Part shown: piece by piece, positions 53,298 through 64,000 of the stretch | Position numbering within the stretch: the first letter of the stretch is position 1 | Layout: each line of letters opens with the position of its first letter | Assembly (NCBI GenBank): GCA_951406725.2 | Contig: OX597820.1 | Location: forward strand, 2,914,001 to 2,978,000 | Source: Octopus vulgaris | Taxonomy: Eukaryota | Direction: 5' to 3' | Length of the DNA: 64,000 nucleotides | The notes under the pieces: model-generated | Seen by the model: the letters and a program-made list of their open reading frames with translations, nothing else | What the model was told of the DNA's origin: nothing | Database searches by the model: none | Translations under genes and position numbers: made by a program

Positions 53298-56004
53298 CCA
53301 TGCCGGTACAAGCAAGTATTATGCGCGCAGTACGGACGCATGCAGACGATGTCGGTTTAGAACCATATAAAATGTTATGTAAACTTTTTTTTACATGTTG
53401 GATGTATTATAGGAATCGATCCCATTAATTGTCCGGTATTTATTTTATCAATTTCAGAAATACGAAAAGCAAAGCTTACCTTGGCAGGATCTGAGCTCAC
53501 GATTGTAAAAAAGCCGTTACAAAATGCTTCATTCTGATTTTGGCACAAGGCCAGAAATTTTGACTGGAGCAAGAAGTTAATTGTATCGACCACAGTATTT
53601 GATTATTTTGTCGAACCCGAAGGATGAAAATAGCAAAGACAATCTCGGTGGAATTTGAACTCGAGACGTAACTTAACTAAATATTGCAGGCATTTTGTCC
53701 ATGCTTTAACGATTCGACCAGTCCGCCATCTTGTTGCCTGCACCAAAGTCACAGCAATGTCTTAGTCTACAGCACAGATTTCCAACTGGTCTGCCGCGGA
53801 ATATTCATATGTATGTGCTATCATGATTGGTCATTTAGAATAAAAAAATATATTTTGATACTATTTTAACAATAAATATTATTGTCATCTCATATTTTGT
53901 ATTGTCATCTATTCTATGTTTATTATATTAACATTGGCGAAATAAATTTTTTTATTATTAATTCTAGGGACAGAGTTTTCTCATACAGATGTTATTATCC
54001 TGGAACAAAGATTTGTTATATTGATGTTCAATAAAAAAAAAAACTCACATTTTAGATTTCTAATAGGGTTCTGAAAGGCTTGGCAAGGGTGCCTCTAGGC
54101 AGAAAAGGTTGGAATAGTGTGATCTAAGACCAACCACTGTAATTCAGTGATATTTAAATAGGATCTTTTAATCATTCGCTAGAATGTCTGACCACTGTTA
54201 CTACACTCGAAACAGAAGATAAAACATTTTAAAAAAACATGCGAATGATACGCCATAATTATTGAGAATAATGGTCTTGGACAATCAAGGAACTCCAACC
54301 GATGATGATGTTCCTCAAACTTCTGAATTCCTGAGTTCAGAAGTTTGAGGGTGAATGGAGATATCTCTTAACCATTTCTTCTCCCCGCTCTATCCTAGCA
54401 CGGGATGGCAGCACTTATCGAAGACTATATTTACGTACCAGACAGCAGAAGATGGTCCTGTAGCTAAGGCATTCAGGATTCGGAGAAGGTCTGGCTCCAA
54501 ACGTTTCATCACACAAGCTTACCACCGTGTGGACGTACCTAGGTGTCACGCGAACTAACCCCTCTTCCGAAGATATAAACAGGTCCTCTGTTTTAAGAGC
54601 AAACTCAGGAAAGCAGAAGAGTTGCAGAGTAAACTGGAAATCAACCAACAGAAGACGATGGAAAGGCATTGTTGTATTTTTCTCAACAAAGGTTTTTGTA
54701 TCCTTAGACTTCATCTTTCGACTCGTAGTATGGAGGTCATGATCGCCGACTCCTGTGTGCATGTCACTTGAAAAGAAAGAGACTTGATAACGAAACAGTT
54801 GATAATTAAGTGCAGACTACTCGGTTACATGGAAGTATTATATCCGTTCTTAGTTATCCAATAAAGAAATTATTATTATATACTTTCGTTTTCTTGACGC
54901 GTTAATACTTTACATCCGCTTAGAAGTACATAGACATTAATACCGATTCTACAACAATGGTCGGTTCTCCCAGTTGCCAAAGTGGTTACAGATGGGTGGT
55001 GCACTTTCATAATAGATTCTCTGTACTTTATTCTCGCCAGTTTATTGACCCCATTACGAAAACATGTGCAATTAAATGTTGAAGTTATTCTGGTAAATAA
55101 TTAAAAAGCAATTACAAAGACTCTGCGGCAGTCGGGGGTCAATAAAATGACCCCACTTAAATGAAAGCCTGTATCGACATTGCTTTGACGTTTCCTCACT
55201 AACACCCTTATACAACTTTAATATATTTCAAAATAATAAGACTGGGTAAATAATTCATTAGAATATCTTTTCTGATTTGTCGATTACGTCAACCAAATTA
55301 TTAAAAGGTTTGAAAATAATTTTTATTTCCATTTACCGCGCTTAGGGCAAGTATAGAAATATATTCCCTGTAATCCAGCCAAAAATAACTGAATTACATT
55401 TTTTAATGGGGGTGAGATAACCAAAAAGTACCATCTTGCATTATTCATTGTGGTAGTCCTTTTTTAAAACAGTAGAATATGATTTCATGGACATTTGGCT
55501 GCTATCTCTAGCAGGTCGAATAACATCACACTTCTTGGCGCATTATTTTCGTATGGGTTGCGGTGTTATCAAAAATCTGTCCGCTTAATCCTTTGCCTAA
55601 CCAAATCATTTATACAGCTTTGTCCTAAACGTCCATGTTTGTTATCAGACGTCACTTAGCCTTTAATTCGTACGTTCCGAGTAACCTAAAGCTTCCCTTT
55701 ATATTAATCTCTGGAGGTTGAAAAAATAGTAAACGTGTTATCACATATGATGCATGAATTTCAGGGAAATATGTCCTGTGTCACATAAGTTATAGAAAGG
55801 ACAGGCAAATGGTTAATACGTAATGTTCTTATAATCTTTCTCAACCATTTTTTTTTTTCCTATGGACCCTTTTGATTCCTGTTTTGCTCAGATAGACCCT
55901 CGTGGTCGTTCGATGTGTTTTAAAATCATATATTTTTATAATAAAATACTATTAGGAATTATGTTAAAAAATTGTTAAAATATTTTGTGCATTGTAGAAA
56001 TAAA

Positions 56005-56262
56005 AAAAAAAAATAAATGTTCTTTCTCGAGCCATGCCAGGCTCATAAGGGCCGGTTTGCCGGTTTCAGTGGCGTAGAAATTCCCCACCTGGACGGGACG
56101 CCGATCCGTCGCAGGATTACTCATTTTTGCCAGCTGAGTAGACTGGAGCAACGAGAAACGAAGTGTTTTGCTCAAGAACACAACGCATCGCCCGGTCCAG
56201 GAATCGAAACAACAACCTTACGATCATGAGTTCAACACCCTAACCACTAAGCCATGCGCCTC
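56005..56262 (-). mobile_element. tRNA-SINE inserted in a hAT-like MITE (approx. 55835-56368)
   Basis: TSD TGTGCATTGTAGAA on both sides; the host element ends ...AACCACTG, a hAT-like TIR. Confidence 0.7.
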
Positions 56263-57289
56263 CTGTGCATTGTAGAAGTCGAACCGATTTATTATACGTA
56301 AGTTTTAATAAAAATATCTTCTATCGACCCCTAAGGGCCATATAGACCCTAGTTGACAACAACCACTGATCTACACAGATTTGAATATTTCGCTTCTGTT
56401 GGTTCCGTCGTAAGAAAACCTATTTTGCGAGAATAGGATTTAAGTAACAATATAGATTACATTTTCATGGCTACTGATGTTTATCGCTGGCGGAGACAGT
56501 ATGTGCTGGTGTCAGCGTTATATAAGTTGCTTGCTGGCTGAAGTTGAGTGTCCCATTTTAAATAGATTTTAAAGCAACGTAAAGAAATTTTATGAATGCC
56601 AAACTATTATTTATTCCGCCGCCCCCTCCACCAGATTTGGCGTTGATTATTACAGATGTAGACACGAACAGTCTGTGTACCAGGGTCTCCGAGAGAAATT
56701 ATTGCCAGGCGGAACAAGACTCCTTCCGTTCTCCGGGACATGTAATTATATATATAGGAAGGATGCTCTCATATGTTTTCGAGTCCTTTCATGACTCTCC
56801 AGGTCGACGTCCTGACTAAACCCCTATCGCCCCGCGTCCTCTTATAGGCCTGGCTGAGTGTGTTTTTTCATTCTTGTACTATAATTCCATTGGCATCAAG
56901 GGTACTTTATATCGACCTCGGTTCTTGACTGGTACTTCCTTTCATGAAGCCACGAAATAAAACTCGGCGAACGTAAAGTGTTGTAACTAAATACAGCAAC
57001 GCATTTTGTCCAGCTCTCTACCGACTCAGCATCTAAATAGGAAACTATTATTCGAATTGAATTCTGTTTTGTCATTGGAGGACTTCGGACGAAAAATTAT
57101 AAGTACACACACTCACGCAGGCACGCCCCTCTCTCTTTCTTTCCCGATTGCCCATCAAAATTTCATAAAGATTTCCCCCACCCTTAATTGCCGGTAAGAT
57201 GTTGATAACTGAACAGTTCTCTCCTGGATCAACAAACTCTAATAGACAAATGACAAATATATGTAATGGTAGCAAGCGTGACCACCATG

Positions 57290-58860
57290 GATACATCTCT
57301 CCCAGATCTCTTCAGCAGTCTGCTCTATTTCCAATAAATGAAACTTTTTCCTCACAACTATCGACGGTCAGCAGCATTGGCCTCCAGATACTCGGACCTG
57401 ACTTCACAACTTCTCAAGACGTTTTGTATTTGATCCTTAGAGTGCATCTTTGGTTCTCAGCTGAGTATCGTCCATGGTTTTGCTGGTCGTATACTCATTC
57501 AGTGGGATAGCTGATAAGGAGACATCTTTATGGTGCGCTCCAGCCTCCGAGGTTCTTCACTCTCTGCAACGTGTAGGCGGCCATCGACAACTTTTCTCCT
57601 CTCTTCTCAACTCCGAGCTGTCTTTTCCTCTCTCAGGTTTTGGTGGTTTTGAATTGTCATCAATGATTCTGTAACTTTACATTTTTTTCTAGTTAGGGCT
57701 GCTGGCCCTACACAACTGCCCCCTTTTTACCTCTGCGAAGAAGTGGGCCATATTAGTCAGGCTTCCATCGTTCGATCTGTCCAGCGTGAAAGGGCCTGCC
57801 AGAATCCTGCGCTCCGCTGGTATAGCTCTTAAGGTCATTGAAACAGACAAGTCGTCATACCGCAACAAAAATTGCACCTTGCAGTGGAACCATCGCGGTT
57901 GGAGTTGGATAATTATGAACAAAATAATTTGGGGGTTAGGTTTTGCAATGATTTCAGTTTGTAGTATACGGTAACCCCAAGTAATTCCTTGGATAGCAGG
58001 AGGCAACTCATCAGAAAACGCCCCAACGACCTAACGTGACGACTATAGGTTGCCTACGTTTCACGGCTGTAAAGAAGAATGGTTATACATCAGAACCAGA
58101 TGTGTGGTATTTGTTATTTCCAAGTATTCGATATTGCCCCAAAAGAGCTTTTACAGGGGTGTCCTCAGTAAATTTGTTAAGATCTTCCACAAGTTCCACG
58201 CTGGGATCGCTGCGCTGGTGACCATCGGAAGATATGAGTCCGACCGTAGCGTAGCTAAAGTGTGTGCCGTTCAGGGCAACCCTTTGAGTTTTCCACCCTG
58301 CTTCCGACCACCTATACAGGACTATACAGCAGACCCAAAAGTATTGCACCCGTAAAATCGTCATCCAATAGGGACAGCTACCCTCAACATTTAGCTATTC
58401 TACCGGAGTCCGAGCCCTTCTTTGTGCGCACAAGAATGAAACAACAGTGTGTGGTAGCATCAATACTCTTTAACACATTCCACTTGTGTTATCAGGATTG
58501 TTCCTAACAAGATAAAGGACAACAACAGTATTAGAGTGAATGCCGGATAAAATATCGAGCGCTTTATCATCCGGAGGTTCCATGCAATTATAGAACTCTG
58601 AAAAGAGCGAGCCTCGGAGCTGCAGTATACAGAAAGGCGGCCGTGCTCTCGTGACCCATACTCAGGAATATCTTCAGACCGTCCTTATTGTAACAGCTGG
58701 CGTGTACAACATGTTAACCTTATCAAATTGGAAGTGATCTACTAACGGGCCACTATCGTACCTACTCAACCTGCTTTCACTGTTGGCAAACAACAGCTGT
58801 CGGTCGCACATTCAAAAAATATCTGGGAAACTCAGATATAACCTATTGTACTCGTGAGGT
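57290..58860. mobile_element. Mosaic of old LINE remnants (RTE C-terminus -, CR1-like RT -, RTE RT +)
   Basis: Minus PKMHSKDQIQNVLRSC...LEANAADR (~57350-57460); minus TQRVALNGTHFSYATV (~58240-58295); plus SEPFFVRTRMKQQCVVASILFN and ELQY (~58410-58635). Confidence 0.65.
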
Positions 58861-59357
58861 GGGTGATCAGCTGATTTTTGGAATAACGATCACTACTTCA
58901 TGTAGAAGGAAAAAAGCAAGGAATTGGATCACTGTTTTCTTCTGTGAAAGAATTGTTTTCTTTTTGTACAAAACATTTCATTTCATACATTTTTGCCCTC
59001 CGATTATTTTATTAATTAAAAAAAAACATTGGGTGTCGATAATTAATAAGTGCCGATTATTATATCGCATGACCCGGTGGTTATTGTGTTGCACTCGTAG
59101 GCCAGGTGGTACGTTGTGTTCCTGAGCAAAACACTTCACCTCACGTTGCCCTTTGATCGCTTCGGCACCTGACGTGTGGCACACCGTGTGCCTGTTCAGG
59201 CAAGGTCGATTCGATGGAAAGAATGAGCCAACGTACGGCACATACACTTGATCACTATAAACAAATCATTTGTTCAGATCGTTCGGCAAAAGCTGAACAT
59301 TTATACGCCATCCATCATTTATATTGCTACTCTATCACTTGAAATAGATTGTCTTTC

Positions 59358-60000
59358 GGATCTTTACGTTTTGACCGACAGATTTTTTTAATATTTTTTT
59401 GTAGCTAAACACTTTCAAACTTCAGACACTGGTAGAATGTGTCATATAAAACGTCTTTTACTCTTAGCATTTTTGAGAAAAACTTATATTTAGGAAGTTA
59501 TTTCACGTTAAAGTTCTCGTATTTCGGTAATTTCAACCAATCAATGACGTGTATTCAGCTGAATAAAATTACTGCCGTTGTTTATCAACAACAACTTCCG
59601 GCGGTGTATATTTCGTTTGTCACTGTTATTTATGACAACTCTAACCCTAAAACCCTCGCCCTCACCCTAACCCTAAAATCTTAACCCTAACCTTAAAACC
59701 AGTACAAACGCACGAACGATGTCATAAATAACAGTGACAAACGAGAAATACACCGCCGATAGTTGTTGTTGATAAACAACAGCAGTAATTTTATTCAGCT
59801 GAATACACGTCATTGATTGGTTGAGATTACCGAAATACGACAACTTTAAGGTGAAATAACTTCGTAAATATAAGTTTTTCTCAAAAATGTTAAGAGTAAA
59901 ACATGTTTTATATGACACATTCTACTAGTGTCCGAAGTTTGAAAGTGTTTAGTTACAAAAATTTTATTTCTTAAATCTGTCGGTTAAAAGGTAAAGATCC
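59358..60000. mobile_element. Non-autonomous fold-back DNA transposon (Merlin- or Mutator-like): ~280-bp TIRs, 8-bp TSD
   Basis: GGATC...GATCC termini; arms 59358-59637 and 59720-60000; TSD TGTCTTTC at 59350-59357 and 60001-60008; spacer contains TAACCC units. Confidence 0.88.
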
Positions 60001-61274
60001 TGTCTTTCTCTTATTAACGATTTTCCGTGAAGAGAATGCCATACCAAAAGTAATTTGAACACTAAGTGTTTTTACAAAATCGAACTTCAATCGCGTCGGA
60101 AACTTTTTCAATCTTATAAATTGAAGAGTTTCAGGTTTTAAAATAATTTTGCAGTTTATCTTTTAATTACTTCTTTACTTCCTGTTGAAGTTTATACAAA
60201 GACGAAGCTAAAATAGTCCAGAGTACTTTTATATATTTCTCGTGAAAAAGAATATATTTAATCTCTATTTAATGAATCAAAATCTCTACCGTTATTACGA
60301 AAGTTATTTGATATAGGCGTTGTCTATGTTTGTATATTATATACAGATATGTGTGTGTGTACAAACACATATATGTACACACATATATACACACATACAC
60401 GCATGCATACGTACATACAGAAAGTGAGAGAGAGAGAGAGAGGCGCAGGAATGGTTGTGTGGTAAGGAGTTTACTTCCCGATCACATAGGCCCGAGTTCA
60501 GTCCCACTGCGTGACACCTTGAACCGTGTGGTTGATGGAAATCACGAGGGAGTTGTATACGTGTGTGTGTTATCCCCTACCACCGGTTGAGAACTGATGT
60601 TGGTTTGTCTACGTCCCCGTAAATGAGCGGTTCGGCAAAAAATATCGATTCGTTCGACTAAAAACCTATCAAAGCAATGCTCCAGTGTGGTCATAAACCA
60701 TTACTGAAACAAGTAAAAGGTTATGTGGTAAGAAGCTTGCTTACCAACCACATGGTTCCGGGTTCAGTTCCACGGCGTGGCACCTTGGGCAAGTGTCTTC
60801 TACTATAGCCTCCAGCAGACCAAAGCCTTGTGAGTGGATTTGGTAGACGGAAACAGTAAGAAGCCTGTTGTATATATATATATGTGTGTATATATTTGTG
60901 TGTCTATGTTTACCCCCCCCCCCCGTCCCACCATCACTTGACAACCGATATTGGCGTGTTTACGTCCTCGTAACTTAGCGGTTCGTTAAAAGAGACCGAT
61001 AGAATAAGTACTCGGCTTACAAAGAATAAGTGGTGGGGTCGATTTGTTCGACTAAAGGCGGTGCTCCAGCATGGCTGCAATCAAATCATAAAAGAATATA
61101 TATATATACACATAAGGGACATTAGCCATTTGAATGTGGCTAGGGACAGGGCAGGGCGGTGGGGGTGATACTGATGCATTTAGCCCCAGGCGATCATCAA
61201 CGTCACCAGATAGGCTGACACCATCACGGTGTCCTCTATCCTGCAAAGGGAGATCATTCCCCGAAGAAGCGGAT

Positions 61275-61325
61275 GCCACACACGGACCCAGGTTTCAAGG
61301 TATTTGCCTATCGTCAACGTATGGC
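61275..61325 (-). ncRNA. Minimal type-I hammerhead ribozyme-like motif (C3>U variant)
   Basis: GCCAUACG-UUGACGA-UAGGCAAAUACCUU-GAAA-CCUGGGU-C-CGUGUGUGGC: stems I, II and III all formable, GUC cleavage triplet. Confidence 0.55.
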
Positions 61326-61459
61326 TGGTGACGTTGATGATCGCCTGGGGCTAAATGCATCAGTAACATCCCCACCGCCCTGCCCTGTCCCTAGCCACAT
61401 TCAAATGGCTAATGTCCCTTATGTGATGGAGCAGTTACTGTCTATATCTCGTTTAGAGA

Positions 61460-61490
<31 letters not shown>

Positions 61491-61496
61491 ATAAAA

Positions 61497-61556
<60 letters not shown>

Positions 61557-61729
61557 TTTTATGTGTTTCAGTCATTTGATTTGATTGCAGCCATGCTGGA
61601 GCACCGCCTTTAGTCGAACAAATCGACCCCACCACTTATTCTTTGTAAGCCGAGTACTTATTCTATCGGTCTCTTTTAACGAACCGCTAAGTTACGAGGA
61701 CGTAAACACGCCAATATCGGTTGTCAAGT

Positions 61730-61773
<44 letters not shown>

Positions 61774-61777
61774 TATA

Positions 61778-61937
61778 GGACCGGCCCTTGGGTTGCTGGT
61801 GTCCCAAGCTGAACTTCAGCGCCCTTACAAGTATAATTTTTTTTAACTTTCACAAGGAGAAAAAACTGAAAATGTTGACTAAAAACACATGGCAGCCTAG
61901 GTGACTGCCTGAGTTGCCGGTACCTTGAGCCGGCCCT
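61778..61937. mobile_element. Short GC-rich TIR MITE
   Basis: AGGACCGGC...GCCGGCCCT termini within a TA-rich tract. Confidence 0.45.
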
Positions 61938-63526
61938 CTATATGTATGCATGCATGCTGGGATTTGCACTTACATAGCATGGAGTGCTGAGCACAGTTTA
62001 TGAAAATGCCACTACCATGCATACATAAAAACCAAAAAATAGTTAAAATATCCTCTTAGTATATAATGGTGGCAAGTTTTACATCATCTGAAAAAGTCAT
62101 TAGTTGAACAATTAGTCCTCTTGCATTCTGGCGGGTATCGGAGCGTTTGAGTGACATGAGACCCCAACAAACGTCTATAAATTAAATGCATCTGTCCGGG
62201 CCACGATGGAGGCCTGTCAACCTGTGCCTGACGGCCACGATCGTGGGTCGTCGCGCTTTATGTGTCAATATAAAACATCTCAGCTGATACACGATCGCCT
62301 CTCGAGTTTTGAACAAACAATAATTATTTCTCATCTTTGCAGAATCTTAGTGAGAAGGAGGTAAGCCAGTCACATCGACCCCATTTCTCGACTGCTACTT
62401 ATTCTATCGACCCCAAAAAGATGAAAGGCAAAATTTACTCTGGCGGCATCTAAACTAAGAACGTAAAGAGTCGGAAGAAATGCTGCTAAGCATTTTGTTC
62501 GACGCACTGATGAATAATAATTGTACAACTGTGCCAACAGTTGTTTTTACTGTGAGCGTTGTATCTCATCGTTCAGTGGTTTGTAATAGATAACTACTGT
62601 TATTTTAACTCCACCGATGTATTTCGAGTCTAACAATTCAGACCATATGTTCGTGGCTGTTTGAAAGTGAATCAGAGAAGATACTCAATGGCTTATCAGA
62701 ACATCTTCTAATTATTTGCTTTTCTTTTTGTTTTTATTCTTTGCGCCTATCCTTTATCAGTTTCTCTAAATTTTCTTTTTAGAATTAAAAATCTGTTTAT
62801 CATCCTGTTTATCTAATGTCTCTCTTTACTGTCTTATGTACACGCATTAAAATCTTTTCAAAACAAATACCAGTGGAAGCGCGTAGCCCGAACTAAACAC
62901 TAACCTCTCCAAAACAGTGAACTCTTTGAATGCCTTCCATACTCAACGAACCTTACAATCTCATCCATTCACTTAAAACATTCCCAAGTTTCTAAGACTT
63001 GGAAACTTTGCATTACTTGTGCTTCTCTCCCCAGCAATAAATAATTAAAGAACCAAATGCCTAACTAAAATCGATCCCTCATTGCCTGAACCTCCGAACC
63101 AACGTTTGCAAATTTAAATAACATTTCTTTGACATGCAGCCCAGGGTGCGTCTTTTAAAAGTCAAGGGAGATGTCGGAGTTCTTTCTAAGGAGAGGGCCG
63201 GCAGATATTCAGGGGCTCCTCCTTAGTTCTCAAGGTCCTGGGTTCAACTGAAGTCTTTTGTGAACCTTGCTCGCCACACTCGAGTCCAGTGTTTATAGGA
63301 TTATGGCGAGCGAGTTGGATGAATCGTTAGCACGCCGCACGAAATGACTAGCGGCATTTCGTCCGTCTTTACGTACTGAGTTCAAATCTCGCCGAGGTTG
63401 ATTTTATTTTCATCCTTTCGGGGTCGATAAAATAAGCACCGGTTGAGCATTGGGATTCATGTAATCAACTTTGCCACTTCCCCGAAACTAATATTTATTG
63501 GGTCATGAGGGCAATTATGTACAATC

Positions 63527-63753
63527 TGTTTCTTTATTGCCCACAAGGGGCTAAACATAGAGGGGACAAACAAGGACAGACAAACGGATTAAGTCGATTA
63601 TATATCGACCCCAGTGCGTAACTGGTACTTAATTTATCGACCCTGAAAGGATGAAAGGCAAAGTCGACCTCGGCGGAATTTGAACTCAGAACGTAACGGC
63701 AGACGAAATACGGCTACGCATTTCGCCCGGCGTGCTAACGGTTCTGCCAGCTC
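63527..63753 (-). mobile_element. tRNA-derived SINE with Deu/Nin-like domain; young copy with 16-bp TSD
   Basis: GCCTTTCATCCTTTCxGGGTCGATAAA domain; TSD GCAATTATGTACAATC at 63511-63526 and 63754-63769. Other copies approx.: 11520-11733, 13085-13275, 25848-26065, 34360-34575, 38580-39035, 42310-42505-, 45515-45705, 53535-53730-, 62340-62510-, 63304-63485. Confidence 0.85.
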
Positions 63754-64000
63754 GCAATTATGTACAATCGTCCCAGCAAAACTTTAGAATATGTCAATCT
63801 AACGATTTCCGGGAAAATCAACTGCTATCCTCGTTTATCACAGGGGTGGGGTGCTGGTTAAAAGAAGAAAGAGTGTTAAATGAATCATCTCCATGCTCTT
63901 GGTAAATAAAATGAATGCTAAATTCATTGACACCAAACTCGCGGACCACAACAGTGAAGCTTCCACCTTTACATATTTTCTTGATCATTTCTTTTTCCGT

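Noticed and set aside
54355-54762. Overlapping ORFs as a second host gene
   Set aside because: No splice-consistent structure; weak resemblance to decayed LINE sequence.
59439-59918. Two similar 81-aa ORFs on opposite strands
   Set aside because: Consequence of the TIRs of the fold-back element; no protein motifs.
62343-62360. 18-nt micro-exon candidate (tttgcAG...GAG/GTAAGC)
   Set aside because: Lies in the end of a minus-strand SINE, and no host gene is evident downstream of MTTP.

Overview
AT-rich, repeat-dense animal DNA. The SINE families and (TA)n/(CAT)n landscape point to an octopus (coleoid cephalopod); this is recognition, not a search result. One complete protein-coding gene can be assembled by hand: an 18-exon microsomal triglyceride transfer protein large subunit (MTTP) orthologue on the + strand, CDS 3794-41616, 2619 nt = 872 aa, with all introns GT-AG and phase-consistent. 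The rest is introns and intergenic DNA filled with tRNA-derived SINEs (at least three families), RTE, CR1 and R4/Dong-like LINE fragments, piggyBac/hAT/Helitron-like MITEs, a 643-bp fold-back transposon with an 8-bp TSD, and microsatellites. The most notable unexplained signal is a recurrent class of short fold-back (hairpin) inserts sitting in (TA)n/(TAT)n tracts. Several carry minimal type-I hammerhead-ribozyme-like cores (best example 61275-61325, minus strand), suggesting Penelope-like/retrozyme-like relics. All calls were made by eye, without alignment or folding software.
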